Positions 1 to 8,246 of a stretch of 64,000 nucleotides of DNA are shown piece after piece; positions within the stretch are counted from its first letter, which is position 1; each line of letters begins with the position of its first letter. Location of the stretch: contig PRDH01000035.1 in NCBI GenBank assembly GCA_003345545.1, positions 28,171 to 92,170 of the forward strand, read 5' to 3'. The notes under the pieces were generated by a model. It was not told where the DNA came from. It ran no database searches and worked only from the letters and a program-made list of their open reading frames with translations. Origin of the DNA: Candidatus Thorarchaeota archaeon (GTDB lineage: Archaea > Asgardarchaeota > Thorarchaeia > Thorarchaeales > Thorarchaeaceae). A program made the translations under genes and the position numbers.

Positions 1-2
1 AG

Positions 3-326
3 CGTATCTTCACTAGAGGCAATCTTGAGGGTGTCGTACTTGATTATGGTTCTGAAGGTCTGCACCTCATTCAGAATATCCGTGATGAAGCGCATCGATT
101 CGCGCAGCGATATCATCACAAACTCCGCGAGAAACGCTTTACCGGCTCCATACTTGAGGAAGCCCCTGGAATTGGACCGAAGCGACGCAAGGCGCTCATT
201 GATGCATTTGGAAGCTATGACGGTGTGAGGAAGGCAGCTGCTGATGAGCTAGCCAAAGTGGAAGGCATGTCTCAGTCTTCAGCTAAAGCACTATACGCAT
301 GGCTCCACACGGAAGAACAAGACTAG
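3..326 (+). CDS. uvrC: Excinuclease ABC subunit C, 3' part (truncated by window start; not in ORF track)
   Basis: Manual translation of frame 3 gives ...GLHLIQNIRDEAHRFAQRYHHKLREKRFTGSILEEAPGIGPKRRKALIDAFGS...ELAKVEGMS..., i.e. the RDEAHRFA motif plus tandem HhH. TAG at 324-326. Confidence 0.93.
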   Translation, partial: RIFTRGNLEGVVLDYGSEGLHLIQNIRDEAHRFAQRYHHKLREKRFTGSILEEAPGIGPKRRKALIDAFGSYDGVRKAAADELAKVEGMSQSSAKALYAWLHTEEQD

Positions 327-483
327 CCTATCCATAATGCCCAGGCGAGAGAACACTCGATTAATAGTGCCAATCTGAGATAGTATCCTTTCATTCTTGA
401 TACGCCATACACTTAGGTTTAAATGGGCAGGTGTGGCGTTTCCGACGCTGGACTGGTATACTAGTCTAAACGAAGTGGTCGAA

Positions 484-666
484 ATGATCTGGAAAGTAAC
501 TGACGCATGTACAGCGTGCGGAACTTGTGCTGATGTCTGTCCTGTTGACCCGTCTTTGTACGTGGTCAATGAGAAGTCTGTTTACCAAGTCGCCCGCGCA
601 GATGAATGCACTGAATGCTTTGCCTGTGTTGATAGCTGCCCCGAGGCCGCTATTGAAGAGGCATAA
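484..666 (+). CDS. 2[4Fe-4S] ferredoxin (60 aa)
   Basis: CTACGTCADVCP and CTECFACVDSCP motifs; ATG at 484 preferred over track start 397. Confidence 0.93.
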   Translation: MIWKVTDACTACGTCADVCPVDPSLYVVNEKSVYQVARADECTECFACVDSCPEAAIEEA

Positions 667-678
667 GACTAGCAATAC

Positions 679-750
679 TACTGGTCCTCACGTATTAGTG
701 AGGACGAGTACGACAGGAGCACTTTCTCAATCATTGAGAGTGTTCCTGTC
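679..750. terminator. Two tandem stem-loops between convergent genes
   Basis: GTCCTCAC/GTGAGGAC (684-691/698-705) and GACAGGAGCACTTTCTCAA/TTGAGAGTGTTCCTGTC (712-730/734-750). Confidence 0.5.
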
Positions 751-765
751 ATCGATCTCCTTACT

Positions 766-1044
766 CTAGTAGTCCATTCGGCGAGACTGTTTCACCAGGT
801 ACGGAACTCCGAGAACTGAATCAAAGAACTCTCTCAGCGAGTCATCGATGAGAATAACCCGAACATGCGCCATTTCATCGCTATTTGGATCGAAAGTACC
901 TATGACTTTCTCAATCTGTGACTCATCTTCTAGCATCAGAATCGTACTTGCTTCGTCGATTTCCTCATGCATCGTAAACTTATCTCGTATCTGCTCCATG
1001 CAGCTCCTGTATTCACCAGGTCTGACTCTGTAGAATAGCTTCAT
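766..1044 (-). CDS. Hypothetical protein (~92 aa)
   Basis: Globular-looking ORF MKLFYRVRPGEY...; start uncertain (1044 or 1080). Confidence 0.6.
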   Translation of the reverse strand: MKLFYRVRPGEYRSCMEQIRDKFTMHEEIDEASTILMLEDESQIEKVIGTFDPNSDEMAHVRVILIDDSLREFFDSVLGVPYLVKQSRRMDY

Positions 1045-1143
1045 CGTCTGTGACCTCGTTTTTGTCTTTCTCATAGACATGCAGGAAGGTATAAGTGATT
1101 TAGTCCTTCCACTCACAGCCACTGCATATCGGGAGTATTTGAC

Positions 1144-2781
1144 ATGACTAGTTACCGCCACAAGATGATAAGTGTTCTTCTGCTTTCATTAATGATCTCA
1201 GGTTTCATTCCTCTTGTTCTTTCTCCCATGGTTTCACTTGAAAGCTCTGAAAGAATCTATGCACCCTCGGCCTTCACGTGGCAGACCTTTAACAAGAACA
1301 TGAATGTGACGACATTCGTATCACCTGATGGAAGTCGTAATGGTCTCTGGCATTTTCTCAATTCAGCTAAGGAGAGTATCTATGTTGAGATCTTTGGGAT
1401 AAACAACCCCTACCTACTTGATCTCATTCACGATCTTCACGCTACAAAACCTTCCCTTGAGATGAAGTTCCTAATAGGATGGAACAGCTTAGGCTACTAT
1501 AGTCCCAATGATTATGTCGCCAATGATCTGACAAATCTTGGCATTCCTGTGAAGTGGACCAGTGATACAGAATTCACCTATGCCCACCAGAAGTTCGTCA
1601 TAATCGATAATATGACGACGATTGTGCATTCTGGTAATTGGGCAAAGACGAGTTTTCCCGAGGACGGCAAGATAGCTAACAGGGAGTGGAGTATTGCGAT
1701 GACTGATACGGAGGTCACACAATACTATCGAAATGTCTTCGACTACGACTGGAGTAACGGTATCGACTATAATCCAGTTGCTCATGGAACCGGCACTCCA
1801 CTTTCATATACTGAAACCGGTAGTAGCTATCCTCGACCTTTTGCGACTCCCGGAACATTCAGTGGTGCGATGAAGGTCACACCAATCTTCAGTCCGGATA
1901 CAAGCCTCCAGGGGATTCTCTATTGCATAAACGCAGCTCAGGCGACGCTTGACATTCAAATTCCATATATCACAAACTTTGATGCTGGTAATGCAGTGAC
2001 TCAAATCCTTAATGCAATCATCGCAGCGAAGAACCGTGGCGTGACAGTCCGGGTGATCACTGAGGAAGACTACGATTTCCTTGAGGTTGCTGCGCTCCTG
2101 CAGGGTCATAATATACCGGTAGTCTGGCAAGATGCAACTTGGTTCAGTACTGATCACAATAAGGGCATCATTGTTGATGGTCGAATAGTTCTCGTAAGCA
2201 GTATCAACTATAGCGATGGAAGTATTTCGGAGAACCGAGAGTCTGGAGTCATTATCGAGAACACACAGGTAGCACAGTGGTATCTAGATGTGTACGATTT
2301 TGACTGGGGAATTGGTGATTGCGATGTAATGGATGAGGTCAATCTCTATTGGGATCCCAATATACCGACAAGCTCTTCACCAATCAGTGTTACAGTGTAT
2401 GCTCACATGCTGAACGAAACACCTGTTGACTCAGTTAGACTAGGTGTGCGGATTGGAACAGGCAGCTGGTCAAACTACACTATCACGAACAATATCTTCG
2501 AGTCAGCAGAAGGCGATTTAGAGAACTACTACCATGTCATCCCTGCTCAGGCTGATGGCACAGACATCACTGTACAGGCAACTGTGGTAGCTGATGGAAC
2601 ATCGTATGTCGGCGAAGAGATGGTGATTCCAGTGCGGAACTCGATTGGGTCCATCACTACAACAACAACTACTCCGGACTCCTTGACCCAGCTGATAATT
2701 GAGCTCTCTCCCTACATAGCTCTAGCCATCATTACGGGTATTGTCGCTCTCTGCGCAAAGAGCAGCAAGAAGAATCCGTAG
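1144..2781 (+). CDS. Secreted, C-terminally membrane-anchored phospholipase D superfamily protein
   Basis: N-terminal hydrophobic signal; two HKD motifs (HQKFVIID..HSGNW, HNKGIIVD..SSINY); beta-rich domain, Thr linker (TTTTTT), C-terminal TM helix and basic tail. Confidence 0.88.
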   Translation: MTSYRHKMISVLLLSLMISGFIPLVLSPMVSLESSERIYAPSAFTWQTFNKNMNVTTFVSPDGSRNGLWHFLNSAKESIYVEIFGINNPYLLDLIHDLHATKPSLEMKFLIGWNSLGYYSPNDYVANDLTNLGIPVKWTSDTEFTYAHQKFVIIDNMTTIVHSGNWAKTSFPEDGKIANREWSIAMTDTEVTQYYRNVFDYDWSNGIDYNPVAHGTGTPLSYTETGSSYPRPFATPGTFSGAMKVTPIFSPDTSLQGILYCINAAQATLDIQIPYITNFDAGNAVTQILNAIIAAKNRGVTVRVITEEDYDFLEVAALLQGHNIPVVWQDATWFSTDHNKGIIVDGRIVLVSSINYSDGSISENRESGVIIENTQVAQWYLDVYDFDWGIGDCDVMDEVNLYWDPNIPTSSSPISVTVYAHMLNETPVDSVRLGVRIGTGSWSNYTITNNIFESAEGDLENYYHVIPAQADGTDITVQATVVADGTSYVGEEMVIPVRNSIGSITTTTTTPDSLTQLIIELSPYIALAIITGIVALCAKSSKKNP

Positions 2782-2844
2782 GACTGCATCGATACTCCGG
2801 GAACCTATGATGAATCCCGTTGTGGGTTTCTCTCTCTAGCAGAA

Positions 2845-3435
2845 CTAAGACTGTTCAGCCATCTGCGCAAATCTCAGACAACTCTCCGCATCCTGCATCT
2901 CTCCGCGTTTCTGGTGCAGGCTTGCAGCGATTCTATATGCACGTGCAACAGCTGACCAGTTTTCCTGTGCATCCAAACAGAGAGCGAGGGCTTTCCATAT
3001 CACAGGATCTCCCGAGTTGTATTTCAGAGCCTCGTTGTAAGCATCCACTGCCTCTTGGATTCTGAGAAGACTCTCAAGAGCTCTTGCTTTCTTGACCCAG
3101 AGATCTGCGCTGTCCGGAATGATTCTGAGTCCTGCGTCGGCGACTGCATTTGCTTCTTCAAATGCCCCGATTGTTATCAACGCCTCAGCCTTGTTTGAGT
3201 GTCCTCTATAGTCCTTTGGATCGATGTCGATAGCAAGATCAAAAGCCACTCCCGCGTCGCTCTGCTCGCCTATGTTTATGTGTGTCAGTCCCAATTCATT
3301 CAGGACATCTATGTTGTCCGGGTCCAACTGGAGTGCTTGTCGATACATCTCAATAGCTTTCTTGTTCATTCCCTGTTGACGCAGGCTTCTTGCTTTGCTG
3401 ATACATTGCTCTAGGGTCGTTCCATCGGGAGGCAT
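2845..3435 (-). CDS. Tetratricopeptide-repeat protein
   Basis: Repeated TPR units (AIEMYRQALQLDPDN, AVDAYNEALKYNSGD); ATG 3435 follows a GGTGA RBS-like motif. Confidence 0.88.
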   Translation of the reverse strand: MPPDGTTLEQCISKARSLRQQGMNKKAIEMYRQALQLDPDNIDVLNELGLTHINIGEQSDAGVAFDLAIDIDPKDYRGHSNKAEALITIGAFEEANAVADAGLRIIPDSADLWVKKARALESLLRIQEAVDAYNEALKYNSGDPVIWKALALCLDAQENWSAVARAYRIAASLHQKRGEMQDAESCLRFAQMAEQS

Positions 3436-3588
3436 GTGTTGTCTGTTCACCTTATTGTTTTAATCATTATTCCGGTAGACACTTCGAGCATCTACGGGAA
3501 GCATATGAATAGAGCAGTTCCATCCGACAACAAGGATTTTAACGGGACCTTTCTCCAACCAATCCACTCGATTTGTGAGGAAAACCGA

Positions 3589-4158
3589 ATGAAGAGAGAC
3601 GACGAAACATTCTTCGAAGATGACTCTAACGAAGATGAAGAAGACACTGCTTTCCCCGATGAAGACGAAGAGGATGCTGAAGTCGAGGAAGTCGATGAAG
3701 AGGAATACGGGGAAATCGAAAAGGTGTTCTCTGATCGTGGCAGGGAAGGACTCACTGGATTGATGATGGATCCATGGCCGCGGGTTGTCTTCATCCTCAC
3801 GCTGATTGGGCTGGGTGTTGTCTTCTTAACGCCGCCTGCAATCTGGTCCGTCTGGAACTATTTCATCCTCGGCAATTACTTCCTCATTGTTTTTGTTGGT
3901 GTCGCGATAATTTTCTCCTTGGTGGTTTGGTCCAAAGCTGGAAGTCAGAGATTGCGATGGGCAGGGCCGACAAACGTGATTGTAGTCTTACTCTGTGGAG
4001 CCATAGGAACGCTGGATACTGCTAGTTGGATGGTCTATGGAGCTGGTCTACTTGCTGGCATTGAAACTCCTCTGCTATCCTTGCTGATCATGATTGTGAT
4101 TTTCTCACTGTATTCGCTGTGGCTGGTCCAGCGAAGTTTCGGTAAAGAACAACGTTAG
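3589..4158 (+). CDS. Four-TM membrane protein with highly acidic N-terminal tail
   Basis: About 45 D/E-rich residues followed by four hydrophobic segments; ATG 3589 after GAGG. Confidence 0.75.
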   Translation: MKRDDETFFEDDSNEDEEDTAFPDEDEEDAEVEEVDEEEYGEIEKVFSDRGREGLTGLMMDPWPRVVFILTLIGLGVVFLTPPAIWSVWNYFILGNYFLIVFVGVAIIFSLVVWSKAGSQRLRWAGPTNVIVVLLCGAIGTLDTASWMVYGAGLLAGIETPLLSLLIMIVIFSLYSLWLVQRSFGKEQR

Positions 4159-4164
4159 AAAGGA

Positions 4165-4545
4165 GTGAATCCGGTGGGAGAAACGCCGCACACCCTTACA
4201 GAGCTTTCAGAAATGATTCGCGAGTTCGTCATAGAAAGAGATTGGGAGCAGTACAATCATCCCCTTGACTTGGCAATCTCGACTTCAATAGAAGCTGGCG
4301 AGCTGCTAGAGCTGTTCCAGTGGAAGACTAGAGCTGATGTGGATAAGGCTCTGAAGGATGATGAGTTTCGCAGAGCCCTCGCCTCTGAAGTCGCCGACGT
4401 TCTAATCTATCTCCTGAGAGTTGCAGATACAGCCGGAATTGATCCCACACGAGCTATCATTGACAAGTTGAAAGTGAATCGAGAGAAATATCCAATTGGT
4501 TATTGGGAAGGTCGTGCACCAAGCAGATTCAATCGTCCGAAATGA
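4165..4545 (+). CDS. MazG-like nucleotide pyrophosphohydrolase (dCTPase/DCTPP1-like)
   Basis: ERDWEQYNHP..EAGELLELFQW..EVADV..KYP pattern. Confidence 0.9.
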   Translation: MNPVGETPHTLTELSEMIREFVIERDWEQYNHPLDLAISTSIEAGELLELFQWKTRADVDKALKDDEFRRALASEVADVLIYLLRVADTAGIDPTRAIIDKLKVNREKYPIGYWEGRAPSRFNRPK

Positions 4546-5326
4546 GCCTTCTGTACAGACTTGGGCGTCTATCTTCTAGGAGATCGTTCCTCTCTGTGAT
4601 TGCCTTGTCATCAGCCAAGCTCGGGTCTATGTCGACCCATGCTAGACCAGTTTCGTCGCGACCCATTTGAGTCAGTCTGCTGCCCTTGACGTCGGTGATC
4701 TGTGAGGCACCAGAGAATGTGAGCCCTCTCTCGATTCCAGTTCTGTTCGCCGTAGCTGTGTACACTCGATTCTCAATGGACCGTGTGACCATGGCATCCT
4801 GGCAGTATGGTAGAACAATATTCGCTGGATGCAGGATGACCTGAGCTCCCTGTAGCGTGAGGACTCGCGCCACCTCCGGAAACGCCCAGTCAAAGCATAC
4901 CATGACGCCAAATCGATACCCTCTGTATTCAATGACTGGAGGTTCCTCATCCCCTGGCAGAAACCAATCCTTCTCATCAAGGAAGAGGTGAATCTTGTGG
5001 TATGTTGTGATGTGCTCACCACTACCTACTACTACAGCTGAGTTGAAGAATCCTTCAGAGGTCCTCTCGCAGATCCCTGCTACAACAAGTCTTCCTCCTC
5101 CTGACCAGGCGAGTAGCTCCTGCGACATAGGCCCCTCTGGGATTGGTTCTGCTGAAGCGCTCAGTTCACCTTTGTTCTTGAATGCGTATCCAGAGTTGCA
5201 GAGTTCGGGTAGTACGAGAACGTCGACGTCTACTTTCTCTGCTTTCTGAAGGATGTTACTTACTGTCATTAGGTTCTCATCAACATCTGCAATCAAGGGA
5301 GCCAACTGGCCAACAGCAATTCGCAT
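4529..5326 (-). CDS. Carbon-nitrogen hydrolase (nitrilase superfamily)
   Basis: Glu-Lys-Cys triad motifs LPELCNSGY, YHKIHLF, VCFDWAFPE; C-terminal DRRPSLY. Confidence 0.92.
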   Translation of the reverse strand: MRIAVGQLAPLIADVDENLMTVSNILQKAEKVDVDVLVLPELCNSGYAFKNKGELSASAEPIPEGPMSQELLAWSGGGRLVVAGICERTSEGFFNSAVVVGSGEHITTYHKIHLFLDEKDWFLPGDEEPPVIEYRGYRFGVMVCFDWAFPEVARVLTLQGAQVILHPANIVLPYCQDAMVTRSIENRVYTATANRTGIERGLTFSGASQITDVKGSRLTQMGRDETGLAWVDIDPSLADDKAITERNDLLEDRRPSLYRRLISDD

Positions 5327-5381
5327 AGCTGGATTCACCGTCATAGAGAGTGTGATTTCGTGCTTTGACTTCTTCGGTTTC

Positions 5382-6242
5382 CTAGAAGAGACCATGCTGC
5401 ATTGCCGTCTGACAGTCACATCCGGCGTCCTTTGGGATACGGGCAATCATCTCGAAGGTCAGTTTCCTCACACGCTTCACATTCTTTGCCATAGTCTTGA
5501 GGACAAGCTCGTGTGTGACGACTTCATCACCATGGACATCATAGTCTGTTGGCATGGAGATGTTGACGAAGCAGATTCCTGCTTCGCGGGCAAGAGCCGC
5601 TTCAGGGAATGCAGTCATTCCGATGACATCCCAACCCTGATTGTGGAAGAACATTGACTCGGCTCTCGTTGAGAATCGCGGGCCATTGATGCAGACATAG
5701 GTTCCCCTGTCATGAACCTTATACCCTATTTCATTCGCAGTTTCAGCCGCAATCCTCCTCAACTCAGGACAGAATGGCTCCGCAAAGGGAAGATGTGCAA
5801 TGGTCCCTCCGTCGAAGAATGTGTCTTTCCGGACTCCATAAGTCCTATCGAAGAGTTGGTCTGCAATGACGAACTCACCCAGTTTGATCTTCTGTGGCTG
5901 GAGGCTACCGGCTGCCGCAGGGCTCAATATCCTCTTCACACCCAGAGCCTTCATTGCCCAGATGTTCGCTCGGTAGTTGATTGCATGAGGTGGGATTGTG
6001 TGTGTGCGGCCATGTCTTGCCAAGAATGCGAAGGTGCGTTCTTTCACAGTACCAAGAACGAAGTTGTCTGACGGCGCCCCATAGGGTGTGAAGACTTTTA
6101 CCTCTATTGGATTCTCTATGACCTTGGAATCGTAGTTACCACTCCCACCGAACATTCCTATCTCTATAGGAAGAAGGTCATGCAGTGCCCCTGCCATGTT
6201 TCTGTCCACTGGTACAGCGGATAGCTTAACTTCGAAAGCCAT
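5382..6242 (-). CDS. mtnP: S-methyl-5'-thioadenosine phosphorylase (PNP/MTAP family)
   Basis: GGSG, TPYGAPS, RHGRTH, INYRANIWA, GPRFSTRAES, GMT, TDYD and C-terminal CxC. Confidence 0.92.
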   Translation of the reverse strand: MAFEVKLSAVPVDRNMAGALHDLLPIEIGMFGGSGNYDSKVIENPIEVKVFTPYGAPSDNFVLGTVKERTFAFLARHGRTHTIPPHAINYRANIWAMKALGVKRILSPAAAGSLQPQKIKLGEFVIADQLFDRTYGVRKDTFFDGGTIAHLPFAEPFCPELRRIAAETANEIGYKVHDRGTYVCINGPRFSTRAESMFFHNQGWDVIGMTAFPEAALAREAGICFVNISMPTDYDVHGDEVVTHELVLKTMAKNVKRVRKLTFEMIARIPKDAGCDCQTAMQHGLF

Positions 6243-6254
6243 CGTCAATCCTCC

Positions 6255-6920
6255 TCACTTTTTCTTTCTCCACGCCTTGTCAAGTGGATACACGATTCTG
6301 TCGAGGTATCCCATATGTGCTTTGATTTTGGAGAGCTGGTCATCAGAGAGCACGATGTTGTTGTACTCTCTGAGATGCTTCTTCAGCTCCAGAGTGCTCA
6401 TCTCGTTCACCTTCTCGCCCTCGAAGATCTTCATGATGAGTGAAGATAGGTCTTCATAGAAGTTCCATGGCCATATCTCCCATGCCCACGTAACCTCAAC
6501 ACCAAAATAATCTGGCACAAACTTGGAACCTGCAATATGCATGAGCGTTGCACTCTTCACCTCACGTGGTCCACAATCCTTCACGTGATTTACTGCCATC
6601 GTAAGGCTTTCTCCTGTATCTGTGATGTCATCAACGACTAGAACCCTTTTTCCAGCAACATCTACAGTCAGAGGGCAGGTCAGTTTCGCCCGGCCATCTT
6701 TTGTCGCGGTGACTCCCCAGTGATCAATCTTTACCGAGTAGAGTTCCTTGACCCCTAGGAGATCACACGCAATCCTTGCATGAACCCAACCACCTCTGGC
6801 AATTCCGACAATGACATCAGGTTTCCATCCTGACGCCTTCACCTTTGTAGCGGTTTGGTATGCGTAGTCATAGATATCATCAAAATCGAGCACATAACAG
6901 AGTGGACCTTTCAGCTCCAT
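6255..6920 (-). CDS. Purine phosphoribosyltransferase (type I PRTase)
   Basis: GIARGG and PRPP-binding VLVVDDITDTGES. Confidence 0.9.
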   Translation of the reverse strand: MELKGPLCYVLDFDDIYDYAYQTATKVKASGWKPDVIVGIARGGWVHARIACDLLGVKELYSVKIDHWGVTATKDGRAKLTCPLTVDVAGKRVLVVDDITDTGESLTMAVNHVKDCGPREVKSATLMHIAGSKFVPDYFGVEVTWAWEIWPWNFYEDLSSLIMKIFEGEKVNEMSTLELKKHLREYNNIVLSDDQLSKIKAHMGYLDRIVYPLDKAWRKKK

Positions 6921-7035
6921 AGTGATTTGCCACCATATCCAGTCCTGATAGACTTCGATAAAAGTGTGACTCTTTCCGCGTACGACGCCTCAATAACAAT
7001 AATAGGGCTCTTTTCCATACTAGGAAACGATTCAG

Positions 7036-7350
7036 ATGGCACACAAAGAGAAGTGTATCGGAAAAGAACCGCGTAAGGTAACAGCACGTGTCATAAGTCA
7101 GCAGGGTCATTGCGCAATTGGCCACGAGGTCGGTGATATCATTGAGTTTGACCACTATGGCGTTAGGGGCGACATTTGCATCAATGCGCTCTTCACCATG
7201 CTTCCAGTTGTTTATGCAATGATGCATAATGCTTACTTTCCTTGGTCGCAAGACCACTGCAAGGAACTTCATGCATGTCCTGACCCCAAGAACCCTGTAG
7301 TCTTTGAACTGGACAGGTCTCAACCGATGGAACGCAAGGCGACAGGATAG
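7036..7350 (+). CDS. TIGR04076-like small Cys/His protein
   Basis: GHCAIGHEVGD..ICINA..ACPDPKNPVVFEL pattern. Confidence 0.7.
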   Translation: MAHKEKCIGKEPRKVTARVISQQGHCAIGHEVGDIIEFDHYGVRGDICINALFTMLPVVYAMMHNAYFPWSQDHCKELHACPDPKNPVVFELDRSQPMERKATG

Positions 7351-7352
7351 AC

Positions 7353-8189
7353 CTAGTGAGTCTGCAGCAAAAGTGAGTCGTATTCACCAGGTCTGAATTC
7401 AACTCTTAGACTGAGAGTCTGCCCAGCTTTCATGTCAACAGGTTTGGGCAGCGGCAGGAACAGCTCTCTCCACCCATCGTCCATGGTCAGAACAATCTCG
7501 CTGTGCAGTCTACACTCGAACATGCCAAGGAGTCCATGTACGATTCCAGTCTGTACAATCTTGAAATCGAGTGTCTTGTCTACTTTCGCATCGGGATTCG
7601 GTATCGTCAGATCAAAACACGCGAGCTCCATTAGGTCTGCAAGGTCCACACTCTGCCCCCGTTCTACTGTTTGGGGCACCCTTGGAAAGGACAAATCATC
7701 GATCTGAAACCTATTCCATTGAATCTCATTCTGAACTGGGACTGCGAATATGCGGACCTCCTCTGGAATAATATGCCCCGAGGGCTTCAGAAGGTTTTCA
7801 ACTGCATAACTACTTGCAGATACTTGCTGCTCAATGAGCATCATTGAAGAGAGCATCTCACAAATGACAACGTCTGCTCGCCTGCCAATTGAGAAGTCTA
7901 CAAAGTGGGAATGCACGAATTCAATCCTGTCTGCTACGCCATTCTGTCCTGCCGCCTCTCTAGCATATGCCAATGAGTCCTGGTTCACATCGACTGCGGT
8001 GACCCTTGCTCCTTGTTTTGCAGCTAGGATGGCAAGGATGCCACTTCCTGTACCAAGGTCAACAACATGATCGTTGGTCTTGACGACCCTCCGTATCGCC
8101 TCTCGGAATTTTCGTATACGTGATGTGTGACTTAGCAGACTCGCGGCATGGAGCATCGGGAATGGTGTGGCATATTCCTTTCCTTTCAT
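7353..8189 (-). CDS. SAM-dependent methyltransferase, PRMT-like (Rossmann fold + beta-barrel)
   Basis: VVDLGTGSG, VTAVD, ADVVICEMLSSMMLIE (E-x8-E), LLKPSGHIIP; C-terminal VHGLLGMF..GWRELFLPL barrel pattern. Confidence 0.8.
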   Translation of the reverse strand: MKGKEYATPFPMLHAASLLSHTSRIRKFREAIRRVVKTNDHVVDLGTGSGILAILAAKQGARVTAVDVNQDSLAYAREAAGQNGVADRIEFVHSHFVDFSIGRRADVVICEMLSSMMLIEQQVSASSYAVENLLKPSGHIIPEEVRIFAVPVQNEIQWNRFQIDDLSFPRVPQTVERGQSVDLADLMELACFDLTIPNPDAKVDKTLDFKIVQTGIVHGLLGMFECRLHSEIVLTMDDGWRELFLPLPKPVDMKAGQTLSLRVEFRPGEYDSLLLQTH

Positions 8190-8246
8190 AGTTTTTCCCC
8201 TATCAATGTCTACTTATAATAAAATGCCGGCACTCTTGCACGCCAA

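Noticed and set aside
25-228. ORF-track 67-aa ORF, and the many short overlapping or antisense ORFs
   Set aside because: It is an off-frame shadow of uvrC (frame 3). The other short ORFs lie inside well-supported genes and show no motifs.
679-750. Hairpins as a SECIS element
   Set aside because: The neighbouring genes have no in-frame TGA at Cys positions, and no clear SECIS core is evident.
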